From: Polyangiales bacterium | GTDB taxonomy: Bacteria > Myxococcota_A > Polyangia > Polyangiales > JADJQN01 | DNA length: 64,000 nucleotides | Assembly (NCBI GenBank): GCA_964202905.1 | Contig: CAXNJO010000008.1 | Span: forward strand, 1 to 64,000 | Direction: 5' to 3' | Shown here: in pieces, positions 1 to 9,628 of the stretch | Position numbering within the stretch: position 1 is the stretch's first letter | How the letters are laid out: each line of letters starts with the position of its first letter | The notes under the pieces: model-generated | Databases searched by the model: none | Told to the model about the DNA's origin: nothing | Seen by the model: the letters and a program-made list of their open reading frames with translations, nothing else | Program-made: the position numbers and the translations under genes

Positions 1-19
1 TCGCGCCAGTCGGGCTCGC

Positions 20-1231
20 TCACGCGCCGAGGATCTCGCGCGCGATGAGGAGCCGCTGCACCTCGTTGGCGCCCTCGTAGATCCGCAGGCTGCGCACCTC
101 CTCGTAGAGGCGGCCCACGATGCCGTCGACGAGCACGCCGCGGCCGCCGTGCAGCTGCACCGCGCGGTCGATCACGCGCTGCGCGGCCTCGGTCGCGCAG
201 AGCTTCGCCATCGAGCCGGTGCGGGCGACCTCCGCGCGTGCGGCGCGATCGTCGGCCGCGGCCACGCGATCGGCCGCGCTCGCGGCGCGGTACACGAGCA
301 GGCGCGCGGACTCGACGTCGCACGCCATCTCCGCGACGATCGACTGCACCACGGCCAGCTCTGCGAGCGGCGCACCGAACTGCCGCCGCGCGCGCACGTG
401 CTGCACCGTCTCGTCGAGCGCGCGCTGCGCGAAGCCGAGCGCGGCCGCGCCCACCGTCGGGCGGAAGCGGTGCAGCGTCGCGAGCGCGAGCGCGAGCCCG
501 CCGCCCTCCTCGCCGAGCCGCGCCGCCGCGGGGACGCGCACGCCGCGCAGCAGCACCTCGCCGATGGGGTGGCCGCCGAGCACGCGCTGCGGCCGCGCCT
601 CGAGGCCCGGTGCGTCGGCCGGGACGACGAACGCGCTCAGCCTGCGCTTCGGCGCGTCCGGCGCGGTGACGGCGAACACGGTGTAGACGTCCGCGACGCC
701 CGCGTTCGAGATGAAGGTCTTGTGCCCGTCGAGCACGTAGCCGTCGCCGTCCCGCACCGCGCGCGTCGCGAGGCCGCCGAGGTCGCTGCCCGCGTCGGGC
801 TCGGTGAGCGCGAACGCCGCGACCGCGGTGCCGGCGACGACGCGCGGGAGCCACGCGTCGCGCGCGTCGTCCGTGCCTGCGAGCACGACCGGGTGGCTGC
901 CGAGGCCCTGCATCGCGAAGGCGAGATCGGCGAGCGGCGAGACGTGCCCGAGGCGCTCGCGGACGAGGCACAGCGCCGTCGAAGAGAGCGTCTCGTGGAG
1001 GCCGCCGTGGCTCCGCGGCACTGCGAGGCGAAGCAGCCCGCGCGCGCCGAAGAGGGCGACCAGCGCGCGCAGCCCATCCGCTGGCGAGGCGGCGGCGTGC
1101 TCCGTCGTCTCCGCGTCGGCCGCGACGGCCTCGGCGGGGGCGAGCGCGGTCTCGAGGTGCGCGTCCGCGACGAACGCGCGCTCCACGGGCCACGCTCGCC
1201 GCGCAGGGGCCGCGTGCGCGGCCGCGGTCAC
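20..1231 (-). CDS. Acyl-CoA dehydrogenase family protein
   Basis: Motifs AFALTEPDAGSD, LDGHKTFISNAG, RRQFGAPL, AVQLHGGRG and IYEGANEVQ. GTG start overlaps the crotonase stop (GTGA). Confidence 0.93.
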   Translation of the reverse strand: MTAAAHAAPARRAWPVERAFVADAHLETALAPAEAVAADAETTEHAAASPADGLRALVALFGARGLLRLAVPRSHGGLHETLSSTALCLVRERLGHVSPLADLAFAMQGLGSHPVVLAGTDDARDAWLPRVVAGTAVAAFALTEPDAGSDLGGLATRAVRDGDGYVLDGHKTFISNAGVADVYTVFAVTAPDAPKRRLSAFVVPADAPGLEARPQRVLGGHPIGEVLLRGVRVPAAARLGEEGGGLALALATLHRFRPTVGAAALGFAQRALDETVQHVRARRQFGAPLAELAVVQSIVAEMACDVESARLLVYRAASAADRVAAADDRAARAEVARTGSMAKLCATEAAQRVIDRAVQLHGGRGVLVDGIVGRLYEEVRSLRIYEGANEVQRLLIAREILGA

Positions 1232-2028
1232 TCGAACCTCGGCGGGCGCTTCTGCGTGAAGGCGTCGTAGGCCTCGCGGAAGTCGGGGTGCTGCATGCAG
1301 ATCGCCTGCGCCTGCGCTTCGGCCTCGATGGCCGTGGCGAAGTCCACGTGGCCCTCGTAGTCGAGCATCTTCTTCGTCATCGCGTGCGCGAACTTCGGCC
1401 CGCGCGCGAGCTTCTGCGCGAGCGCCTCGGCCTCTGCGAAGAGCCGCTCCTGCGGCACGACGCGGTTGAAGAGGCCGATGCGGTGCGCCTCGTCGGCCGG
1501 GACGAAGTCGCCCGTGAGCAGCAGCTCCGTCGCGCGGCCGAGCCCGACGATGCGCGGCAGCAGGTAGGCCGAGCCCATGTCGGCCCCACACAACCCGACC
1601 TGCGGGAACAAGAAGGCGATGCGCGCGTCGGGGGCCGCGATGCGCACGTCGCACGCGGTCGCGACGACGGCGCCGGCCCCCGCGACGACGCCGTGCAGGG
1701 CCGCGACGACCGGGCGCGGGCACGTGCGGACGGCGTGCACGAGCGCGCCGGTGAGACGCGTGAACGCGAGCAGCCCGCGCATGTCGCGCGCGAAGAGCTC
1801 GCCGATGATGTCGCGCACGTCGCCGCCCGAGCAGAAGCCGCGCGGCCCCTCGCCGCGGAGCACCACGGCGCGCACGCCGGGCTCGTCGCCGATCGCGCGG
1901 AACGTGTCGTGCAGCTCGCGGTACACCGCGAAGGTGAGCGCGTTGATGCGCTCGGGGCGGTTCAGCGTGATCGTCGCGACACCATCGTCCGTGAGGGTGT
2001 AAAGGAACGTCTTCGGCGCGAGCGTCAT
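1228..2028 (-). CDS. Enoyl-CoA hydratase/isomerase (crotonase) family protein
   Basis: ITLNRPERINAL, FCSGGD, PVVAALHG, DFREAYDAFTQKRPPRF. Confidence 0.93.
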   Translation of the reverse strand: MTLAPKTFLYTLTDDGVATITLNRPERINALTFAVYRELHDTFRAIGDEPGVRAVVLRGEGPRGFCSGGDVRDIIGELFARDMRGLLAFTRLTGALVHAVRTCPRPVVAALHGVVAGAGAVVATACDVRIAAPDARIAFLFPQVGLCGADMGSAYLLPRIVGLGRATELLLTGDFVPADEAHRIGLFNRVVPQERLFAEAEALAQKLARGPKFAHAMTKKMLDYEGHVDFATAIEAEAQAQAICMQHPDFREAYDAFTQKRPPRFE

Positions 2029-2423
2029 GGCAGCACCGCCGTCGCTTCGATCTCCACGAGCGCGCCGTCTTCGAGCAGATCGGCGACCTCGACGAGGGCC
2101 ATCGCGGGGTACGCGCGGCCCATCCGCGCACGGTAGGCGGCGCCGATCTCTTTGCGTGCCGCGGTGTACTGCGCCTTGTCGGTGACGTAGATCGTGAAGC
2201 GGCCGAGATGTTCGGGGCCGCCGCCCGCGGCGCGCACGACGTCGAGCACGTTCTGGAGCGCCTGCGCGAACTGCGGCGCGATCTCGGGGGAAACGAGGCG
2301 CTCGTCGCGGTCCCAGCCGATCTGACCGGCGACGAAGAGCAGACGTCCGCCCGCGGGGAAGAGCAGGCCGTTGGAGTAGCCGCGCGCGGCGGCGAGGGTC
2401 TCGGGTTGGATGGCTTCGGGCAT
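2025..2423 (-). CDS. RidA/YjgF/Rid family protein
   Basis: GYSNG, LFVAGQIG, YPAMALVEV, LVEIEATA. ATG at 2423 follows a TAGGGT -10-like box. Stop overlaps the crotonase start. Confidence 0.9.
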   Translation of the reverse strand: MPEAIQPETLAAARGYSNGLLFPAGGRLLFVAGQIGWDRDERLVSPEIAPQFAQALQNVLDVVRAAGGGPEHLGRFTIYVTDKAQYTAARKEIGAAYRARMGRAYPAMALVEVADLLEDGALVEIEATAVLP

Positions 2424-2492
2424 GGCGCGCGACCCTACCACCGCAGGCCGCGCGCGGTCCCCCCGCCGCGCGTCACGGGCTGCGCATGGCCC

Positions 2493-3497
2493 TCAGAACA
2501 GCGCGTCGGTGCGGTACGTGAACGACAGCCAGGGCAGTCCGAGCACGAAGATGTCGTCGCTCCCGCTGATCACCGGCTTCACGAACGTGAGATCGAAGCC
2601 GAAGTTCGCGGACGAGAAGCGCATGCCGTAGCCGAACAGCGCGCCGCGCTCGAAGACGTCGACCGAGCGCGCGCCGGACAGATCGCCGATCGCGGCGAGG
2701 AAGTTCGCCTCCGCGAGGAGCGAAAAGACGCCCACGAGACGGGCCGTCAGGCCGACGTTGAGGGTCACCGGGACGACGCGCGCGAGGTCGGGGCTCAGCC
2801 ACAACATCGCCGACGCCGACGCCGCGACGTAGCAGTTCTCCGTGATGCACCCCGTCGCGACGACGGTCGCGCGGCCGAGCCCGAAGCGCTCGTCGATGTC
2901 GCCGTCCGAGACGAGGAGCAGCGACGCGATGCCCGCCATGTGGAAGCGGGGCGTCTTCAGAAAGGCATATTTCGCCGAGAGATCCGCGAAGAAGGGCTGC
3001 CCCTCGATGAGCGGCAGGAGCGTCGTCAGCGTGAGCTGCAGCTCGTCGGTGACCGCCACGCCGCCCTGCACGACGAAGAGCTCGGAGTCGGAGAAATAGA
3101 CGCTGCCACGCGGCGCGGTGAAGGCGGTCGGCCCGAGGATCACGTGGTCGGCGTGCGCATCGTCGCGGCGCAGCTCGGCCGGGGGCGCGGCGTCGACGGG
3201 CGCCGGGGCGGTGGCCGCGGGCGTCGGGGTCGTGGTCGTGGTCGCGTAGCCGGCGGGCACGGGCGGTGTCGCGGTGTCCGCGTCGGGCGCCGCGGGGACG
3301 ACGCCGGGGTCGGTCGGGGCCGGATCGCCCGGTGTGCCGATCACCGTCGTCGCATCGGGGGCGGGCGTCGTGGGGGCCGCCTGCGCATCGGCGGAGGACG
3401 CCGCGCCGAGGACGAGCGCCGCGACGAGCGCGGCCCGAAGACCATGGCCGCCGTGGCGGAACGTCGGGGCTGCGGGGAGGGGGAGGCGGGGAGGCAT
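2493..3497 (-). CDS. Secreted hypothetical protein, possibly outer-membrane beta-barrel
   Basis: Signal peptide (AALVLGAASSADAQ), Pro/Thr/Ala linker, amphipathic beta-strand-like C-terminus (GLPWLSFTYR). Confidence 0.65.
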   Translation of the reverse strand: MPPRLPLPAAPTFRHGGHGLRAALVAALVLGAASSADAQAAPTTPAPDATTVIGTPGDPAPTDPGVVPAAPDADTATPPVPAGYATTTTTPTPAATAPAPVDAAPPAELRRDDAHADHVILGPTAFTAPRGSVYFSDSELFVVQGGVAVTDELQLTLTTLLPLIEGQPFFADLSAKYAFLKTPRFHMAGIASLLLVSDGDIDERFGLGRATVVATGCITENCYVAASASAMLWLSPDLARVVPVTLNVGLTARLVGVFSLLAEANFLAAIGDLSGARSVDVFERGALFGYGMRFSSANFGFDLTFVKPVISGSDDIFVLGLPWLSFTYRTDALF

Positions 3498-3580
3498 GCG
3501 GGCGTTCTCCTTGGCGCGCGGCGCCGACCGGTCGAACAGGTCTCGCCATCGCGGCGCGTCGCGCCCTAGAGTACCGGACG

Positions 3581-5163
3581 ATGTCTCCTCGTCGTCGGGA
3601 TTCGGCCTCGTGCGTGTCCGTGCTGCTTCTCCTCGGCCTACTCGGCGGATGCGCCCTCGAGCGGAGCGGTCTGTTCGCGAACGAGGCGCCGCCCGCGTCG
3701 GACCTCGGCGCGGACGCCCCGGTCGCGCTCCCCGATCTCGGCGAGGAGGCCCGCGATCTGGGGAGCCCCCCTCCCTCGGACATGGCCGCGCCGCCGATGG
3801 ACATGCCTTTGCCCGCGGAGGACATGGCCGCGCCGTCCGTGGACCTCGGGTTCGACGCGGGCTTCGATGGGGGCTTCGACGCGGGCCTCGACGCGGGCCT
3901 CGACGGAGGTCGCGACGCGGGCGTCGACGCGGGGCCGCCAGACCTCGGCTGTACGGGGCCCGATGCGTGCATCGGCGGCGTCCACACGTACTGCATCGGC
4001 GGTGTGTCCGTGACCGAGCTGTGCGCGCTTGGCTGCTCGACGACGACGCCGACGCGGTGCGCGCTCTTTCGCCCGTCGAACGTGGACGCGGCGCTGTTCA
4101 CGGCGGACGGGGACGTGCTGCTGCCCGCGTCGATCGACACGACGGCGTGCAGCGTGCCGGGCGCGACGATCGCCCCGCAGGGCGGCGGCCTCGAGCTCTG
4201 CGTCGTGCGCGGGCGCGACGTCACGGTGCCCGCGGGCGCGACCGTCCGCGTGACGGGGAGCCGCGGCCTCGTGCTCCTCGCGGCGCGCGACGTGCTCGTG
4301 GACGGCGTGCTCGACGCCTCGGCGCGCGGCACGTCCGCCGGACCCGGCGCGGTCGTCGGCGGCAGCGGAGCGGGCGGCAACGGCGCGCACCGTGACGCCT
4401 TCGGCGACGGTGGCGGCGGCGGCGGCGGGCGCTGCGGCGGGGGCGGTGCGGGCGGGCGCGGCTCGGGCGACGCGAGTTCGCCGGCCGAGGCCGCGGGCGG
4501 CGCAGCGGGGGCGGTCGTCTCGGTCGGCACGCTCTCCCGCTGGTGGGCGGGAGCCCGGCGGGCGGCGGCGCCTACACCCTCGGCGTGTCGTCGCCACTCG
4601 CCGCGGGGGGCGGTGGCGGCGCCGTGCAGCTGAGCGCGCGGCGCGCGATCCGCGTGCGCGGCCGGATCGACGTCGGCGGTGGCGGGGGCCAGCGCGGCCA
4701 CGCGGCGGGCTTCGACAATTACAGCGGCGGCGGTGGCGGCGGCAGCGGTGGCGCGGTGCTGCTCGAAGCCCCGGAGATCGCGTACGAGGGGACCGCGCGC
4801 GTGCAGGCGGTGGGCGGTGGTGGAGCCTCCTCCGGCGGGTCGAACGACGCGCGCGGCACCGCCGCCGTCGGCATCGACGGCAACGACGGGGTCGATGGCG
4901 TCGTCGCCTCGGACCGCGCGGCGGGCGGCGTGAACGCCGTCGCGTTCTACGGGACGTACGGCGGGCTCTCCGGGGGCGGCAGCGCGGCCGCGGGTGACCC
5001 GGGCGGCGCGCAGTTCCAGCGCTACTCGAATGGCGGCGGCGGCGGCGGTGGGGTCGGCTGCGTGCTCGTGCGGACGGCGACCGGCGCGCTCCCGCTCTCG
5101 TCGTGGCTGGGCGCGCCCGGCGCGGCGCCAGCGCTCACGGCGCTCCCCGTCCTCCGTGACTGA
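3581..5163 (+). CDS. Gly-rich secreted lipoprotein (frameshift near 4538)
   Basis: Lipobox LLGGC, DAG/DLG low-complexity linker, Cys segment and GGGGGG repeats. ORFs 3266-4633 and 4543-5163 join (…LSPLVGGSPAGGG…) if one C is restored in CTCTCCCG. Confidence 0.75.
3847..3933 (+). repeat. Degenerate 12-bp tandem repeats encoding [FLV]D[AG]G
   Basis: About 7 units similar to TTCGACGCGGGC within the lipoprotein linker. Confidence 0.6.
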
Positions 5164-5217
5164 ACCGCCATTCATCGGGGTGTTCACCCCGCGCATCCGC
5201 AGGTACAGTCGCGACTC

Positions 5218-6801
5218 GTGACGTCTGCCCACACGCCGCAGTCGCGCGACGACGTCGCGTTCCCGCCCGTCTTCCCGCCGCAGTTCAACCTCGCCGACTA
5301 CTTCCTCGACGCGCGCATCCGCGAGGGGCTCGGCGACCGTGTCGCGGTGCGCTGCGGGGGGCGCTCGACGACCTACGCGGCTGTGCAGGCCCTCGCGAAC
5401 CGCGCCTCCCATGCGCTCCGCGATCGCGGCATCGACCTCGAAGACCGCGTCCTGCTGCTGCTGCCCGACGGCCTCGAATTCGTCTGCGCGTGGTTCGGCA
5501 TCCTGAAGGCCGGCGGCGTGTTCTGCATGGGCAACCCGCTCGTCACCGAAGAGGACTTCGACTACCTCCTCGGCTACACGCGCGCCCGCGCCGTCGTCGC
5601 GCACGCCTCGACGCTCGATCGCCTCGCGCCCGCCCTCGCGCGTCACCCGCGCTGCCGCGTGCGCCTGCTCGTCGGCGGCGACGCGCCCGGCTTCGAGCGC
5701 TGGGACGCTGCGCTCGACGCCGCGAGCGACCGCACCGAGAACGCCGACACCTCGCGTGACGACGTCGCCGGCTGGCTCTTCACCTCCGGCACGAGCGGCA
5801 AGCCGAAGGGCGCCGTGCACTTCCACCACGACTTCGCCTTCAGCACCGAGTGCTACGCGAAGCGCGTCCTCGGCATCTCGCGCGACGACGTCTTCCTCTC
5901 GGTCTCGCGGCTCTTCTTCGGCTACGCGACGGGCACGAACCTCATGTTCCCGTTCGCGGTCGGCGCGACGGCCGTGCTCTTCCCCGAGAAGCCGACGCCC
6001 GAGCGCATGTTCGCGGAGATCGCGGCCCACGGCGTCACCGTGCTCACGAACGTGCCCGCGATGATCCGGCAGATGCTCGATTCGCCCGCGGCGGAGGGCG
6101 CCGATCTCTCGACCGTGCGCGCGTGTCTCTCCGCGGGGGAGGCGCTGCCGCCGGAGCTCTTCGGCCGCTGGCACGCGCGCTTCCCGCGGGCCGAGATCCT
6201 CGACGGAATCGGCTCCGCCGAGATGTTTCACATCTACATCACGAACTACCCCGGCGAGGCGCGCCCCGGCACGCTCGGGCGTGTCGTGCCGGGCTACGCG
6301 GCCGAGGTGCGCGACGACGAGGGACGCCGCGTGCCGGACGGCGAGATCGGCCGTCTGTGGATCCGCGGGGACAGCGCCGCGCTCTGCTACTTCGGCGATC
6401 ACGAGCGCTCGAAGGCCACGTTCTCCGGCGACTGGTGCGTGTCCGCCGACCTCTTCCGCTGCGACGCCGAGGGCTTCTTCTCCTACGCGGGGCGCGCCGA
6501 CGACATGCTCAAGGTGCGCGGCGTGTTCGTGTCGCCGCTCGAGGTCGAGGACTGCCTCGCGACCCACCCCGCCGTCCTCGAGTGCGCGGTCGTCGGTGCG
6601 GACGACGGCGCGGGGCTCCCGGTGCCGAAGGCCTTCGTCGTCGTGCGCGCTGGCTTCGCCGCGGGGGACGCACTCGCGACCGAGTTGCAGGAGCACGTGC
6701 GCGCGCGCCTCGCGAAGTACAAATACCCGCGGCTCGTGGCGTTCCTCGCCGCGCTCCCGCGCAACGATCGCGGCAAGATCCTCCGCCGCGAGCTGACGTA
6801 G
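5218..6801 (+). CDS. Benzoate/2-aminobenzoate-CoA ligase family (AMP-binding)
   Basis: FTSGTSGKPKGAVH, LFFGYATG, SAGEALP, DGIGSAE, GRADDMLKV and ALPRNDRGKI, typical of aryl-CoA ligases. Confidence 0.9.
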   Translation: MTSAHTPQSRDDVAFPPVFPPQFNLADYFLDARIREGLGDRVAVRCGGRSTTYAAVQALANRASHALRDRGIDLEDRVLLLLPDGLEFVCAWFGILKAGGVFCMGNPLVTEEDFDYLLGYTRARAVVAHASTLDRLAPALARHPRCRVRLLVGGDAPGFERWDAALDAASDRTENADTSRDDVAGWLFTSGTSGKPKGAVHFHHDFAFSTECYAKRVLGISRDDVFLSVSRLFFGYATGTNLMFPFAVGATAVLFPEKPTPERMFAEIAAHGVTVLTNVPAMIRQMLDSPAAEGADLSTVRACLSAGEALPPELFGRWHARFPRAEILDGIGSAEMFHIYITNYPGEARPGTLGRVVPGYAAEVRDDEGRRVPDGEIGRLWIRGDSAALCYFGDHERSKATFSGDWCVSADLFRCDAEGFFSYAGRADDMLKVRGVFVSPLEVEDCLATHPAVLECAVVGADDGAGLPVPKAFVVVRAGFAAGDALATELQEHVRARLAKYKYPRLVAFLAALPRNDRGKILRRELT

Positions 6802-6813
6802 ATCGGAGTCGCG

Positions 6814-7569
6814 ATGGCCCGACCCAGCTATCGGCTCGCAGCGATGACCTACGAAGAGGCGCAGCGCGTCCTCGACCGCGGCGCCGTCGCGCTGCTGCCC
6901 TGCGGCGCGACCGAGGCGCACGGGCCACACCTCCCGCTCGACACCGACGTCATCATCGCCGTCGAGGGCAGCGAGCGCGCCGCCTCGCAGCTCGCGCGCG
7001 AAGGCCTCTACGCCGTCGTGCTGCCGCCCATCGCGTACTCGGTCACCGACTTCGCCGAGGGGTTCGGCGGCACCATCACGCTCCCCGCCGACGTCGTGCG
7101 CGCGTACGTCCGCGCCGTGTGCCAGGGGGCGGTGCACGCGGGCTTCCGCGGCGTCGTCCTCTGCAACGCGCACCTCGAGCCGCAGAACGTCGATTTGCTG
7201 CGCAGCGTCTCCGTCGAGTCCCTCTCGCGCGGGCTGCGCGTGCACTTCCCCGACATCACCCGCAAGCCGCACGCGCTGCGGCTCGGCCACGAGTTCCGCT
7301 CCGGCGCGTGCCACGCGGGCGCGTACGAGACGAGCCTCGTCCTCGCGGCCGATCCGTTCCGGGTCCGCGAGGTCGCCGCCGAGCTGCCCGCGAACCCGAC
7401 CTCGCTCTCCGCGGCCATCCGCGAGGGCAAGATGTCCTTCGTCGAGGCGGGCGGCCCGCGCGCCTACTTCGGCGATCCCGCCGCCGCGAGCGCGGCGAGC
7501 GGGGACGAGCTGTACGACGAGCTCGCCGACATATTCGCTTCGGCCGCACGCGAGGTCCTCGCCCCATGA
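6814..7569 (+). CDS. Creatininase-family amidohydrolase
   Basis: LPCGATEAHGPHLPLDTD, NAH and HAGAYETS metal-binding motifs. Confidence 0.88.
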   Translation: MARPSYRLAAMTYEEAQRVLDRGAVALLPCGATEAHGPHLPLDTDVIIAVEGSERAASQLAREGLYAVVLPPIAYSVTDFAEGFGGTITLPADVVRAYVRAVCQGAVHAGFRGVVLCNAHLEPQNVDLLRSVSVESLSRGLRVHFPDITRKPHALRLGHEFRSGACHAGAYETSLVLAADPFRVREVAAELPANPTSLSAAIREGKMSFVEAGGPRAYFGDPAAASAASGDELYDELADIFASAAREVLAP

Positions 7570-8327
7570 ACGACGCCCCGAGCGGCGCCGCGCCCCACGC
7601 GCCGGTGCCCGACACGACCCCCCGCCCCACGGCCTCCGAGCCGCACAAAGTGAGCGAGTACGAGATCTACCTCGGCGTCCCGACGCTGCTCTCGCTGCAG
7701 AAGCCCGCGGCCGAGCGCACGCACCGCGACGAGCTGCTCTTCCAGGTCGTGCACCAGGTCGAAGAGCTCTGGATGAAGCTCATCCTCGACGACCTCGAGC
7801 ACGTGATCGGCCACTTCGACGCCGACCGCCTCGTCGACTCGCTCGCGCACCTGCGCCGCGTGACCGAGACGCAGAGGCTGATGCAACAGCAACTGCGTCT
7901 CATCGAGACGATGACGCCGCACAGCTACCTCGCGGTGCGGCGCGGCCTCGGTCAGGGGAGCGGTCAGGAGTCGCCCGGCTTCAACGCGCTGCTTCGCGTC
8001 GCGCCGGTGCTCGGCGCCGCGCTCGAGGGCGTTCTCCGCCGCGCCGGCACGACGGCGCTCGCCGTGCATCAGGCGCCGGACGCGCACCCGCTGCTGCTGC
8101 AGCTGACCGAGCACGTGCTCGACTTCGACGAGCTCTTCCAGGCCTTCCGCTACCACCACGTGATGATCGTCAAGCGGATCATCGGGGCCGGCACGCCCTC
8201 GCTGAAGGGCAAGCCCACCGAGCTGCTCGAGCGCTCGATGCGCACGCCGTTCTTCCCCGAGCTCTGGCACGTGCGCGAGACGATGTTCGCGGAGTTCGTC
8301 CGCGGCGCGAACCTCAAGCCGTATTGA
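7566..8327 (+). CDS. Tryptophan 2,3-dioxygenase family protein
   Basis: YEIYL, HRDELLFQVVHQVEELW, GSGQESPGF, FRYHH..VKRIIG, FFPELW. ATG overlaps the upstream stop (ATGA). Confidence 0.9.
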   Translation: MNDAPSGAAPHAPVPDTTPRPTASEPHKVSEYEIYLGVPTLLSLQKPAAERTHRDELLFQVVHQVEELWMKLILDDLEHVIGHFDADRLVDSLAHLRRVTETQRLMQQQLRLIETMTPHSYLAVRRGLGQGSGQESPGFNALLRVAPVLGAALEGVLRRAGTTALAVHQAPDAHPLLLQLTEHVLDFDELFQAFRYHHVMIVKRIIGAGTPSLKGKPTELLERSMRTPFFPELWHVRETMFAEFVRGANLKPY

Positions 8328-8351
8328 CGCCGTGACGCGCGCGGGCCGTCA

Positions 8352-8379
8352 TTGACGGCCCCAAGCCCCCCGGTAAGAT
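8352..8379 (+). promoter_or_regulatory. Sigma70-type promoter of pdhA (likely leaderless)
   Basis: TTGACG-16 nt-TAAGAT, ending 9 nt before the ATG. No Shine-Dalgarno sequence. Confidence 0.65.
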
Positions 8380-8388
8380 GCGCGGCCG

Positions 8389-9513
8389 ATGAACCCGATC
8401 CCCGCCCACGACCCGACGCTGGGCCTCTTCTCGGTGCTCCGCGACGACGGATCGTCGGACCCGGAGGCGGATCCGTTCCTCGACGAGGCGACGCTCGTCG
8501 GCATGTACCGCGAGATGCTGCGCATCCGCATCCTCGACGAGCGGATGCTCGCGCGGCAGCGGCAGGGGCGCATCGGCTTCTTCGGCACGGTGACGGGGCA
8601 GGAGGCGACGCCGATCGCGACGGCCTTCGCGACGCGCCTCGAGGACTGGATCTTCCCCGCCCTCCGCGAGAACGCGATCATGCTCGCGCGCGGTTTCCCC
8701 CTGGAAAAGTGGCTCGCGCAGGTCTACGGCAACAGCGCCGACGTGCTCAAGGGCCGGCAGATGCCGAGCCACATGTCGGGCCGCGCGGTGAACCAGGTCT
8801 CGTGGTCGTCGTGCCTCGGCCCGCAGCTCCCGCAGGCCGTGGGTGCCGCGTGGGCCGCGAAGCTCCGCAAGGATCCGGTGGTGACGATCGGCTTCGTCGG
8901 CGACGGCGCGACGAGCGAGCCGGACTTCCACTGCGCGATGAACTTCGCCGCCGTCTACCAGCTGCCCTGCGTGCTCATCTGCCAGAACAACCACTGGGCC
9001 ATCAGCGTCCCCTCGTCGCGGCAGACGGCCTCGCAGACCTTCGCGGTCAAGGCGCACGGCTACGGCATGCGCGGCGCGCGCGTCGACGGCAACGACGTGC
9101 TCGCGCTCTACCGCACCATCCACGAGGCCGTCGAGCGCGCCCGCGCCACGCATGAACCGACGTTCATCGAGGCCGTCACCTACCGCATCGGCGCGCACTC
9201 CTCGTCGGACGACCCGACGCGCTACCGCGACGAGCGCGAGGTCGAGCGCTGGCGCCTGCGTGACCCGCTGCTGCGCTTCGAGCGTTACCTGCGCCGCGCC
9301 GAGCTGCTCGACGACGCGCAGCAGGCGGCGATGTCCGCCGCGATCGAGCAGCAGATCGCGGACGCGGTGCGCGCGGTCGAGCCGCTGCCTCCGCCGGCGC
9401 TCGCGACGCTCTTCGAGGACGTGTACGCGACCCCGCCCGCGCATCTCCGCGAGCAACGCGCCGAGGCGGAGGCGCACCCCGCGCCCGCCGGCGGCCACGG
9501 CGCCGGGCACTGA
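8389..9513 (+). CDS. pdhA: 2-oxoacid (pyruvate/branched-chain) dehydrogenase E1 alpha subunit
   Basis: QRQGRIGFF, GQEA, TPP motif GDGATSEPDF…QNNHWAIS, and YRIGAHSSSDDPTRYR. Confidence 0.9.
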   Translation: MNPIPAHDPTLGLFSVLRDDGSSDPEADPFLDEATLVGMYREMLRIRILDERMLARQRQGRIGFFGTVTGQEATPIATAFATRLEDWIFPALRENAIMLARGFPLEKWLAQVYGNSADVLKGRQMPSHMSGRAVNQVSWSSCLGPQLPQAVGAAWAAKLRKDPVVTIGFVGDGATSEPDFHCAMNFAAVYQLPCVLICQNNHWAISVPSSRQTASQTFAVKAHGYGMRGARVDGNDVLALYRTIHEAVERARATHEPTFIEAVTYRIGAHSSSDDPTRYRDEREVERWRLRDPLLRFERYLRRAELLDDAQQAAMSAAIEQQIADAVRAVEPLPPPALATLFEDVYATPPAHLREQRAEAEAHPAPAGGHGAGH

Positions 9514-9628
9514 GCCGGCCGCCGAGCGATTCCCCGGCGGCGCCTGCGCGGCACCGCCTCCGCGACGAGTCCCCGCACCCAGTGCCCCAGCATCGGCGCC
9601 GCGCGCCGGCAGAGAGAGAACAGCGACC

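Noticed and set aside
2473..7314. Very long ORFs such as 1613 aa (-), 1254 aa (20087 +) and 1157 aa (51103 -)
   Set aside because: These are mostly antisense or shadow frames of real genes. They are Arg/Ala-rich and stop-poor because of high GC.
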